A DNA stretch of 64,000 nt. It comes from Selaginella moellendorffii. Its lineage: Eukaryota > Plantae > Lycopodiophyta. Positions 24,390 through 35,144 of this stretch are shown here, piece after piece. The DNA lies in contig NW_003314305.1 in NCBI RefSeq assembly GCF_000143415.4, positions 681,709 to 745,708 of the forward strand, written 5' to 3'. The notes beneath the pieces are model-generated. The model was not told the DNA's origin and did not search any database. It saw only the letters and a list, made by a program, of their open reading frames with translations. Each line of letters opens with the position of its first letter. Position 1 is the first letter of the stretch. A program made the position numbers and the translations under genes.

Positions 24390-26324
24390 ATGGCGGAGTC
24401 ACAAGGCACAGCCAAACTGATGTTAAATCCAAGGGAGAAACTCACTGGAGCGCTTGTGATTGGCATCGCATTTGCAACTTTTGTTGCAACACTTGTGGTC
24501 ACTGCCATCTTCGCGGTTCCAGAGATGAGCAAGCCACCTCAAGGGGATTATTACCCAGATATCGTCAAGGAGGACATGTGCTCTACTTGCTGGGAGGCCA
24601 CCGTCTTTGCCACAAGCTCCGATCCATTCTACCAGTGGGTCTCTGATTCCTCACTCCCGGATGCTCTTGACGTCTCCCAGAGGGGAACGCTTGCATACCA
24701 GAGGGCCAGCATCTGGCGTGTTTCGGGCAATATCACCTCTACAAATGAGAGCTCTTTGTATAGCTCGCCAGATCCCCGCATTCTTGGAGGAGAGCTTGTC
24801 AAGAGAAGCAGGACTCTGGTGTGGAAGATGACAGTCTACTGGGGGATGAGTGTAAGAACTTGTTTCACCTTGCCAGGATCCAAGGATGATTCGTGTCTTT
24901 ACACAACCCCGATCGTCCAGACCGCTCCTGGATCATATGCAGCGCTCTTGGTTGGCGTTCCGTATCGGAAGGCTTCACAGGAACCATATGCCGTGGAGAG
25001 CAGCGCTTTGTATCTGGACAATAGTGCGGTGTATTTGACAAACTTTGTGAGCAACGCTAGAACCGGTGCTGGATTGAAGCTCCAAAGCTCTGGCAAAGAA
25101 ATCAAGAACTACGTCTACGAAGGCCAGGTTTGCAACAGGGCCTCCCCGATCCTCGTCACCCCGGACGTGGTTTCTTACATGGGTTTTCCAAGCTTCCAGT
25201 GCGCTTGCGATGGTAACCTTTGCCTTGTGGGTCTGAACATCACTGGCACAGCTTCGAATGAGGATGATATTTTTCCTCTGAAACTAAATGCCTCCGGGTG
25301 TGGCCAGGGCAATTCGTTTTGGGATTACGATAGGTATCCTTTGGAAGAGAATAGAACCATCTTCTACTCTTACAGCCCGAGTCGGGAGACATCGATACTA
25401 CTCCAGGTGAATTTCAGCACAACATTCGATATGGTAATCTTTGGTCCCAACCAGATACTCAAATACTTTGTTTCTTGCACTGAGGACACGATCCAGAAGA
25501 AGGCTCCGAGCGATGACACACTAGTGTCAGATCTGCAGAAGTGCTTGAAAAGTCCAATTGTTGCCGTGAGCCCTGCCTTTGACAGAAGAGTCGCTGTGAG
25601 AAGATACCGATCTCGGGTCTCGCTGGAAGGTCTCATGGACACCTTCAATTACAAGGTTCCAAGTGACAAGGACGACAACTTCTTGTGTGGCATGGACGAA
25701 GGCCAGTCAAAACTGGCGGACAAGCTGTGCACGGTAAGCTTGCAGGATCTAAAGAGCTCAAACGAGATGCAAAAGCTGGAGAAGCGCTTGAGGGAGTCTC
25801 TAAAGGTGGCGGACGTGCATAGGTTCGTGAAGAAGGAATGGGAGAGCACTTCGTCGCAGAGATCAGACATAACTGTTGGGATTGTCACAGCAGTGGTGAC
25901 CATCCTTGTGACCATCTGGGGGATGTTCAACAGGGATTTGCAAGAGGTGGAGGCGTTGATCTTGAAGCGCGCAGGCAAATTCACCAGGGTTGTGGAAGCG
26001 ACAATAGGACTTCCACTGTTTAAGACGGGAATTCGGGGTTTTCTGCTCTTGGGTGTGATCGTGTGGAACATGTTTAACGTGTTTGTCAGCTTGAATGCTG
26101 TGGGAAGTGAGCCCCGGCTTGCCACCTCAAAAACACTACTCCAGCAGCTCGACGGGATCTCGTTCTTGGTGACTACAACTTCAACAGTTCAAGTGACTCC
26201 ATCTTGGATTATCTTCTTTGCAGCGTGCTCGTTTGCAATCTTTGTGTTTGCCATAGTAACTTTCGGTGTGTACGTTCGCATGCGCTACGTGGAAAGAAAA
26301 GAAGAAGTAATTGCACCAGCTTAA
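24390..26324 (+). CDS. Uncharacterised intronless 644-aa multi-pass membrane protein (N-terminal TM, ~450-aa Cys-containing loop, 3 C-terminal TMs)
   Basis: Uninterrupted 1.9-kb ORF with hydrophobic segments and several N-x-S/T sequons. Multiple paralogous copies in the window. Confidence 0.8.
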   Translation: MAESQGTAKLMLNPREKLTGALVIGIAFATFVATLVVTAIFAVPEMSKPPQGDYYPDIVKEDMCSTCWEATVFATSSDPFYQWVSDSSLPDALDVSQRGTLAYQRASIWRVSGNITSTNESSLYSSPDPRILGGELVKRSRTLVWKMTVYWGMSVRTCFTLPGSKDDSCLYTTPIVQTAPGSYAALLVGVPYRKASQEPYAVESSALYLDNSAVYLTNFVSNARTGAGLKLQSSGKEIKNYVYEGQVCNRASPILVTPDVVSYMGFPSFQCACDGNLCLVGLNITGTASNEDDIFPLKLNASGCGQGNSFWDYDRYPLEENRTIFYSYSPSRETSILLQVNFSTTFDMVIFGPNQILKYFVSCTEDTIQKKAPSDDTLVSDLQKCLKSPIVAVSPAFDRRVAVRRYRSRVSLEGLMDTFNYKVPSDKDDNFLCGMDEGQSKLADKLCTVSLQDLKSSNEMQKLEKRLRESLKVADVHRFVKKEWESTSSQRSDITVGIVTAVVTILVTIWGMFNRDLQEVEALILKRAGKFTRVVEATIGLPLFKTGIRGFLLLGVIVWNMFNVFVSLNAVGSEPRLATSKTLLQQLDGISFLVTTTSTVQVTPSWIIFFAACSFAIFVFAIVTFGVYVRMRYVERKEEVIAPA

Positions 26325-27244
26325 ATCATGCAAGTTTATACAATTAATATGTATTGTTTGATGAGTGCCACAAAAATTGGATATAGATAGAGCTCAAGAA
26401 AAAGAGAAACTGATTAAAGTGAAAGTAACTAAAAAGTGGCAACCCACTCAATTTCATGCTATCTCTCATGTGTTACATGTTTTTGGTATCTGGAATTTGT
26501 ATAGCTTTCGCTTTTCTAAGGCATACAGCTTGCTTTCATGATGCAGCCTTTATCTATTGTATTTGAAAGCAATGATTCCAAGCATCCGTCTTTGGAATAT
26601 AAGTTACTTACAGCCAGCTCTGCCGCGCCTTTTTCTTCCTCGTAGAGGTAGGCCGTGGCCGTGCTATGTAGAGTATCTGCTTTTGGTATCTGGAATGTGT
26701 ATAGCTTTTGCTTGTCTAAGGCATACAGTTTGCTTTCATGAAGCAGTCTTTATCTATTGTACTTGAAAGCAACGATTCCAAGCATCCGTGGAATAGAGGT
26801 TGCATACAGCCAGCTCTCGTGCTTGATTGCAGCACCACCGGGTGTTTTTGAAGATTCCCGACCATGGCACACTGGTGCTCTTATATCAGCCCCATCCGAA
26901 TAACAATAATTTACTATCATAGCAATACAGTGCAGGTGTTCAGTTGTAGTGCGAATCGCCAAAAAATCTCAGGGGCTGGTCTTTTTGTGCTCATAGTTTC
27001 AAGCTGTTCGCCGCAAAATTCGTAGGAGTGGATCTACTTTCTATTTCTCTTGAGCTCTGCTCTTGCAGGGATGATTGCGTCTTTCAACGCAGCAATAGCA
27101 CATTAATCAAATAGTTTTGAAATACATTTGTAAAACTTACTTCAGTATAGTGACCTATGATCAATTTTTTTGTATCCAAGAGGGCAAAAGAGAATAAGTC
27201 TTTTATAAAACTAGTAGTGTAGAATGCCGTTCTAATGAGCGGGC

Positions 27245-27510
27245 GAGTGGAGCAGCGAGTGGAGCGACGCCAGCATGTTCTGCAGGCCGAGGTTGAAGCC
27301 GAGCATGAGCTGGTTGACGCTGCTCTTCTGATGGGATGCAGCCCAGCGGGCCCACCGACGCCACCACCATCCTCAGGCGCCCCCAGGCGGTACAGCTCCT
27401 ACACACCACGTTTATTCCATCTTAGCACGCTCTGAGGGCGCCACATATATGCTCACCGTCAGGTGCTGGGCGTAGGCAGCCAGGAGCAGGTTCTGGAACT
27501 GGCGCTCGCT
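27245..27510 (-). pseudogene. Captured GDSL lipase fragment (two exons plus intron)
   Basis: SERQFQNLLLAAYAQHLT|intron 27456-27399 (GTGAG...TAG)|ELYRLG...RMVVASVGPLGCIPS...VNQLMLGFNLGLQNML. Confidence 0.8.
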
Positions 27511-27512
27511 GT

Positions 27513-28341
27513 AGCGGTAGCCCAAATGATGCCAAGTGAGTGTTTGACGCCATCGACGCCAAGAACGTTTTCTCGTGGGCAGTTATGATGACTGCATATG
27601 CCCAAAACGGGTATCTGCAAGATGCTAAGCTTATGTCTGACGAGATGCCCGATCGGGATACTGTTGTGTGGAATACAATGCTTGGAGCGTACGCACAACA
27701 CGGCCATGTAGAGGAGGCAGAGATTCTGTTTGATTCGATTCCAAATCCCAACATTGTTTCGTGGACAACAATGCTTACAGCATATGCTCAAAGCGGGTAT
27801 ATGTGTAGCTCGAAGCATATGTCACCTCGCAATGCAATTGTGATAGAGTGTCATGCTGGGGCATCTTTCGAAAGAATTCTCAAGAGGCTAAGACACCTCC
27901 GAGCCTTGCGTATCCAGCAAGCATTGACGTCCATGCAGCTACTGCAATGGTTTCGGCATTTGCCGCGAGGGGCAATGACAGAGAGGCGTGTTCGAGAATA
28001 TGCCGGAGAGGAATGTCTTCTCATGGACGGCATTGCTCCAGGGATATGCCGAGAATGGTCTTCTAGACAAGGCAAAGAGCTACTTTGACGAGATGCCAGC
28101 ATGGAATCTTGTGTCGTGGACTGTGCTCGTCGTTTCATATGCTCAATGCGAGCGGCTTGAGATTGCACAAGACTTGTTTGTTGAGGCCCGAGTGGAGCAT
28201 AGTGACTTGGAATGCCTTGTTGGCAGCGATCGGGCAGGCCAAGTCTTTGGAGGAGGCGAAGCTTTTCCTTGTCACTATGCCCACATAGAACTTAGTGACC
28301 AAAAACACAATCTCTCAGATCAAGGAAGTCAAACAAAGTGA
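27513..28341 (+). pseudogene. PPR (PLS-type) pseudogene
   Basis: Repeats of FDxMPxRxxxxWxxMLxAYAQxG with frameshifts and stops. Confidence 0.85.
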
Positions 28342-28369
28342 AACCACTAGTTGACTTGGCTAATGCTTC

Positions 28370-28690
28370 TGTCATGAGCTTGCTGGAAGAGGAGGCGTCA
28401 TCGTTGGTGGATCCATGCAACACAGGATGCACAAGACTGTATTGCAGAAGGGAAAGACCATGGAAATGAAGAGTGAGAACAACTACAACTTCGATGTTAT
28501 ACCAGGATCTCTTCCCGCGGTCTAAGAACGTTGACTTGTTTCCAGAGAACGAGCAACCGCTGTTGGTGGTGTTATTGCAAGATGAACTGCTTCAGACTTC
28601 TTGTACGCTGTGCACAGGCTGGGGCCGAACTATTTGCTGCTTCCTGCGAACGGTCTGAAATTTGCATGACAATCTCCATGAAATTCAGGT
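28370..28690 (+). pseudogene. Degenerate catalase fragment fused behind PPR
   Basis: Nucleotide similarity to catalase 22109-22560 with deletions. Confidence 0.8.
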
Positions 28691-28984
28691 CAATTCTCTC
28701 TAATCTCAACAACCAACTCGAGCCACTTATACAGATGATAGGAAGCCTCAAGATGATCACTCTCTCATATCTACTCTCAAAGAAATCCCAGCTTGGGACA
28801 TAGGGAATTCTAACTCCTAATGAGCACCAGCCTGCCTCACGAATTCTCAAACACTAGCTTATATACTACCTACGCTGTCATTCCATGGTCCTCTTGGGTC
28901 ACAACTGCAGATGCCCGATAGCAAATTCCTCCAGAAAATCCTCTGCGCCACCTTGCCACCTGACCTTGGGCGGCACAAGCTTTA

Positions 28985-29320
28985 AGAGCAGACGCATAGG
29001 TTTATAAAGAAGGGAGAGCACTTCGGCAGAGAGATCAAGGATTACTATTAGGATTGTCATGAGGGAGTTGCAAGAAGTTTGATCGTGAAAGGTCACCAAA
29101 GTTGTGGGACTTCCATTGTTTAAGATGGGAGTGTTTGTGCTCGTGGGTGTGATGTGTTCATAAAGCTTGTGAGCCTCGCCTTGGCACTTCAGAAACACTT
29201 CTCCAGCAGCTCAATGGGATCTCGTTCCTAGCGACTACAACCTCAACATTGCAATCTAATTTGCATTTTTCAGTTACTTTTTTTGTGTGTACATCCGCAT
29301 GAAATAACTGAAGAACTGTG
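28985..29320 (+). pseudogene. Degenerate fragment of the orphan membrane-protein 3' region
   Basis: Similar to 25810-26290 (gagagcacttc...gggatttgcaaga...ggacttccactgtttaag). Confidence 0.65.
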
Positions 29321-29720
29321 CTTCCAAGCGAAATTCAAGGTTAAAATGAGAGGGGTACACTGCAAAAGAAACACTAGCCCGAAAAGCAAAGATCCAAATG
29401 CTATTGGAATAGAAGCAGCCACATTCTCCACCAAAAAGCATAGCATCCATAGACGACATACAGCTTGCAGTCATGAAAGAATCTCTATCTCTTCCTTTTA
29501 TTTCATTTGCTAGGCTCTTCATTGGTTTTGTGTTTTATGGACGTCTGAAAACTCGAACGTTGCGCTAAAGATCTGGCCCACCAGAAGCATTAGAAAGCCG
29601 AGTCAACTTCTGGTTACACTTTGCTTGGCTTCATTGATTCGGCCTGGAGAACATTAAAGAGAAACAAAACAAGAGAATGGGACTTACGAGCATGCAAACA
29701 AGCACAATGCAAGGCTTTTC

Positions 29721-31145
29721 ATGAGCAGGGCAGAATGGGTGCGAGGCGACACGCGAAGAACAGCCATCGGCGTGGATCTGGGCGACGATGCTCTCTCTTG
29801 GGGGCTGTGGAGTAGGGAAATTCAGAGCCCTCAGCAAGATAATGCTGAGAATCGTCTTCTAGACACAAAATGCTACTTTGACAAGATGGAATCTTGGACT
29901 GTGGTCGATGCTCAATGTGAGCGGGTTGAAGTCGGACGAGGCTTGTTTGCTGAGATGCTAAGTGGAGTATAATGCCTTGTTGACAGCGATAGGGGATACC
30001 AAAGAAGACTGGCCCTTGCAGTTGGCGATATAGTGTCATGCCGAATCCTGCTGTCCATGCGATTGCATTTCGAGGTGACATATGCTTTACGCTGGACATA
30101 TGCATATGCTGTTGTCCACAACAAGGGTTAGCATCAAAGAGAACCAATCTAGTTTTGATTTTTGCCACTCAGGTGGTTTTTGTGATTACTTGTTGATAGT
30201 ACTTTTATTTTCCCTAGTTATTATCTTTTCATAAATATTAAATGTTTACTTTTAAAACAAAATCCTCTCCAGATTCCTGGTCACCATTGCAGACCACAAT
30301 AAAACGTTCTTGGCTCGCTGTACTAGAGCATTGGGCATATGCTCCAATCATTGCATTCCACACACATCGATGTATACCCAGAGGGTGCTTATGGACAATG
30401 CCAAGGAGGTGTTTAAGCTGGCAAAGGATCCGGCTGTGGACCTCTGGGGCCCATGATCGCCGAGAGTGGGATCTTGAGACAGCCAAGGCGATGGTGCACA
30501 GGATGAAAAACCCGAGTGTGGCTTCTTGCACGCCATTGTTCGACATCAAGGCTAGTGATGCCCAGGACGTCTTCAACAGGATGATGGGTTTACCTCGATC
30601 AGGCAATATTTTCTGAGGCAAAGCGCATCTTCAAGCTCATACCCAACACGGTCGCATGGAACACGATCATCCCTGCTCATGGAGAGATGAGAAGGTGAGA
30701 ATTATGTTTGAAGGGATGGGAGCGTAGCGAAACTTGGAGACGTGACGACTTGGAATATCATAATCACGTGAAAGTACTCTTGATAAGCTTGTCACTAAGG
30801 TATTTGCAATTTGCATAATGTTGTTTTGTATATAATCCTCTTTATTGCGGAAGTTTGTCGAGCTCTCTTATCCAAGGTCTTTTCCTCGGCAGGAATCTAG
30901 TAGTAGGGTAAACCTATTCCCGTCCTCGGCGGCTTGGAGGTGCCCGGCCTTGGCGTAAGCGGAGATGATGATCTCGAGAGAGCAGCCAGCCAGCCCATTG
31001 ATTCGTCACTGTGCCAAATCGAAGGACTTGGCAAAAGGTCACTGGATACACAGCCAGATCATTTCAGATGGCATGCAAAGTCTTTGAAGGAGGCGAAGCC
31101 AATCTCTAGGATCAAGGAAGCCAAAAAAAGTGAAACTACTGCTTG
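29721..31145. pseudogene. Mosaic of PPR fragments in both orientations
   Basis: ENRLLD...YFDKM on +; SPRNAIAW and WNAMIGAYAQ on -. Paralogous to 56829-58750. Confidence 0.7.
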
Positions 31146-31149
31146 ACTC

Positions 31150-31580
31150 TGTCAAGAGCTTGCTGGAAGAGGAGGCCGTTATCGTTGGTGGATCGAACCA
31201 CAGACATGCAACGCAGGACCACGTAAATGAAGAGCGAGAACAACTACATCTTCGATGTTACCAAGATCTCTTCCTACGGTCTAGGCAAGAACATTGACTT
31301 GTTTGCGGAGAATGAGGAGCCCCATTTATTACGACGATGAACTGCTTCAGACTTCTCGTGTGCTGACACTCTGATGAGGCCGAATTATTTGCTGCTTCCT
31401 GCGAACGTCTCAAATGTGCAGAACAATCACCATGACCTTCATCCAAGGACGAAGAGGTATGACTTTGCTTTTTTCCTTGTGCTTGTACTCAACAGGTTTC
31501 CTTCCCTTCTCGTTACGTTGGGCGTGTTTCTACTACGAGTAAAGGTCTAACATCTCATTTTTGCTTTGGCAATGGACTTG
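31150..31580 (+). pseudogene. Degenerate catalase fragment
   Basis: gtcaagagcttgctggaag...gttggtggatcgaacca... similar to 22109-22750. Confidence 0.75.
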
Positions 31581-31648
31581 TAAAGAACAGTTCTTTATTC
31601 AATCTTATTCTTGAAAATTACAGAAGAATCATTACAAAAGCAAATTGA

Positions 31649-32302
31649 TTAAGTTTGCTTGATGAGGTCCCTGAGCTGCTGGATGAGCTTGGGATTGATC
31701 TGGAACGCCCTCTCGATGACAGCGTCATAAATGGGAGGATTGGATGCAAACACGGCTTTGGCTACCTGAGTGACACCGGGATTCTGGGAGTTGAATCCTG
31801 CAAGAGCAACAGCCGGTGTCTTCCCAACGTTGAGCTGGAAGTGAATGAGACCACGCGGAAACACAAAGAGATCTCCTGGATGCAAAGTTTGAGCGAAGAG
31901 TGTGTTGTTGGTGGTGCTCACGAATCCAACATAGAGAGTTCCTTGCTGGAGGAAGAGGAGCTCGGTTCCTCGTGGGTGGACGTGAGGGGGATTGACACCG
32001 TATGGAGCATAATCAATCCTCGCAAAAGAGACGCCAAGAGTGTTGATTCCCGGGAATACGCCAACATTTGCATTGGTGACTATGGATCCGAGCTTGTTGT
32101 TGGTGTTCCCGGGGTTCCGGAGTCCCTGGAACATGAAATCACTGGCCAGAGTTGCCGCAGCAGGCTTGCAAGTGAATCCATTGACGATGGTGTTGCTGTT
32201 TCCGTCGCGGACACAGAAATCCTGGAGGGCATCTTCATCTGAACCATGGACGAAAGCAATGGCACAAATGGCAACTAGACAAATGGCTAACTTGTAAGAC
32301 AT
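31649..32302 (-). CDS. Germin-like protein (cupin), copy 1
   Basis: Signal peptide, SDEDALQDFCV, germin box GVNPPHVHPRGTE and GDLFVFPRGLIHFQ. Intronless, with a TATA-like motif upstream. Confidence 0.96.
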   Translation of the reverse strand: MSYKLAICLVAICAIAFVHGSDEDALQDFCVRDGNSNTIVNGFTCKPAAATLASDFMFQGLRNPGNTNNKLGSIVTNANVGVFPGINTLGVSFARIDYAPYGVNPPHVHPRGTELLFLQQGTLYVGFVSTTNNTLFAQTLHPGDLFVFPRGLIHFQLNVGKTPAVALAGFNSQNPGVTQVAKAVFASNPPIYDAVIERAFQINPKLIQQLRDLIKQT

Positions 32303-32662
32303 CTTGTATCTTCACACAGATTTTTTGTTGTGATGCTACTTAATTGATGAAGAATGGAGTGAGGAGAAGTGTGGAGGTCGCTGGAGTTTATATAGGAGTT
32401 GTGAGCACTCCAGATCTGACTTGGTCATTTTACTCGTTAATTTCACTGGTTCAAGGTGACTAAATCATTATTCAGGTTGATCAGGTAGTGATATCAAAAG
32501 AAATGAACGTATGCTACATTCAATCCATCAAAAGGAAAGAACCAGGAAGACATGGACCAAGAATTATTCCTTAACTAAAACGTTGGCTTCGTTGAAGATG
32601 TCACCAGAGATGAATGGAGGGAAATGTTTTGAAACGTGAGGGAGCAGTACGGCAGCATTCTA

Positions 32663-32688
32663 CTCTCTCTCTCTCTCTCTCTCTCTCT
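32663..32688. repeat. (CT)n microsatellite (paralog at 36187-36208)
   Basis: Direct read. Confidence 0.9.
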
Positions 32689-32759
32689 AAACAGAGAGAT
32701 TTACCAACTCTATTCCCTCTTGCATTCTTGGAGGAGGACGAACAAGGGAGAACGCGACT

Positions 32760-34827
32760 ATGAGTCAAGATGCTGTACGACTGTGTTGTTAACGCTTTAA
32801 CACGCCCTTGTAGAGTAGTGGCTGATCCAGATAATATACATCAAGCTTGAAGAACCTTGACATGGAAGGTTCTGAGCATCGTTCCTGAAAGGCATGCTGA
32901 GCTTGAAATCCTCCACCACCTTCCAAGCAGCCATCGCTGGGAACTTGAATCACTTCACAACCTTGCACCACTCTGAGGCTAGATGTCTTCTTTCCTTCTT
33001 CTTGGTTGGCTACATTGATTGCTTTGGTTCCTTGATTTGGCAAGCTTCTTTGTTTCCACGAAAAGGATGTTTTGAGAGTTTTCTTTGTTCCAGGTAACTA
33101 AATTCACTTGTGGTGGAATCACTGTTGTGGGAGTGGCAAGGCAGCACCAAGTTGCGGATGGAGAAGGTGCCAGCACTTTCATGAATGCCTGGGCCAGCAT
33201 TGTCAAGAAGACTCCAATCGTTCCTCCAAAGCACGACAGGTCTTTCCTCATGGGCAACGATCCACTGCAGCCAAAGTTCGAGCATCCAGCAAGCCCAAGT
33301 ATCTCCCACTCTCGGTAAAGAAGCTCCACTTCTGTGAGGATGTAGTACATCCGAGATCACAGTACGGCTGAGACACGTGGTGACACGTGGTGGATACGAC
33401 TCTCACCTGTATATGTATAGCGATGATATCTGAGTGATAGAGTTTTTCTCTTCTTCCTTAGTTTTTCAACATGGTATCAGAGGTCAAGGATTAAATCCTG
33501 GGCTGAATGGAAGAGGAAGAAGAGGAAGATGATAAGCCCCCTGATCTGGAGCAAATATCAAGATGGAGGTTTTCTTGTTTATTTTGTCTTGTGCAGGCAA
33601 CCCTAAAATGGAGGCGGTTCTTGATCGAGACTGGCCTGGATTTGAATTGAAAGGGTTGTGACACTGCTTACTACTACTAGAGACAATCTGATGCCCCTGC
33701 TGCTACAAGGGAAGGCTTCCTTGGGCTAGAGATTTGCTGATGCTGCCAAGAGGCTTCTGTTCTTCCTGGGAATTGCTGTGCACAAGGGCCTTGAGGCTGA
33801 TGGAGAGATCACATTTGAGTGGGGGAGATGGAACAAAATGCTGGTTCCTGACGGGTCTTGATACAAGCTAGGCTGTGTGCAAGCTTGGGTACCTTGGAAT
33901 GTGCTGCTACTGTTGTTCAACACCACAAGATGCTGATTTCATGAGCTCAGCTTTTCTCGGCTGAGTGGGGGGAGTGAGATAGGTTTCCCAGTGGTTTAGC
34001 ATTAGTTTCTTTTTTCTGATCCAGCCTTCGCACACTGATCTCGGCTGAGTGGGGGTGTGAGGATGTAGTACATCCAAGATCACCATACGGCTGAGACACG
34101 TGGTGACACGTGGTGGATCTAGAGAGTCATGACTCTCACCTATGTATGTATAGTGATGATGATATCTGAGCAATAAAGTTTTTCTCTCTTCTTCCTTAGT
34201 TTTCAACAACTTCAGCATCGATCTCTTCAAGAAGATCAAGTAGTCGGCGACGAAAGAAGGCGGTGCCCGAGGACCCTCTACGTTTGTCAGCCTCATGAGC
34301 CATCTCTGGAAGTGCATCACTCGGGCCCGTGGCATCGATGGTGAAGTCCAAACCTGAGTTTTGATCGCGGCCAACGGGCGAAAGAGGTTCGTTCCTCCAT
34401 CCCCAACGACTACTTTGGCAACGTCATCTCCCACACCCACAGCACCGTGAAGGATCTCCTGGAGAAACCAGCATCCCACGCCACGGATCTCATCCAGGCT
34501 TCCATCAAGCGGCTTGACAATGAGTACATCCGCTCCCAGATGGACTTCGTGGAGCTCCAGCAGAAGAACCCGGTCCAGATCACGAGGAGTGGCAAGACGG
34601 TGCTGAGCCCAAACTTGAGCGTGACGAGCTGGGCGCAGCTTCCAATCTACGAGCTCGACTTTGGCTATGGAACTCCGGTGTTTGCTGGCGGGCCTTACGT
34701 GCCATTCGAGGGGATTAGCATCATGCTCCCTTCCTACACCAGGGATGGAAGCATTGACGTGGCCTGTTTGAGCCAGACATGGCCAAGCTCCAGGACATTT
34801 GCTTCGATGTACATCGCAAGTCCTTGA
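32760..34827 (+). pseudogene. BAHD acyltransferase (HCT-like) pseudogene interrupted by an LTR element
   Basis: QVTKFTCGG, HQVADG (HxxxD), DRS, LSVTSW...YELDFGYG. Insertion at 33333-34208, in-frame stop near 34241 and frameshifts. Confidence 0.88.
33333..34208 (+). mobile_element. Complete non-autonomous miniature LTR retrotransposon (TRIM-like)
   Basis: 5' LTR 33333-33471 and 3' LTR 34056-34208, both TG...CA. PBS TGGTATCAGAG (tRNA-iMet) at 33472, purine-rich PPT GAGTGGGGG before the 3' LTR, 5-bp TSD ACTTC. Confidence 0.93.
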
Positions 34828-35144
34828 CCGGAGCTGGAACGAATCGATTGGCTCTTATCTAGAGAAGCTTTCATGAGTTGAGAAGCTATACCGGACTTAT
34901 GGTTAGAGCACACCGGATCTGGCTTGGTCATTTTACTAAGAATCAAGATTGAACGAGGATGAACGTGTTAATTTCACTAGCTTGGATTGTTTCAGTTTGT
35001 CCGGGTCGTGGTCAAGCCAGTATCGGAAATGAAGGAACTAACAAGCCTCGTGATATTGGCGTGATAAAAACTTTCTTGTTTTTTGTAAGCCAGGCAAAAT
35101 TAGAATATTATTGGAATTTATGAAAGAATTAATGCGAGAACAAG

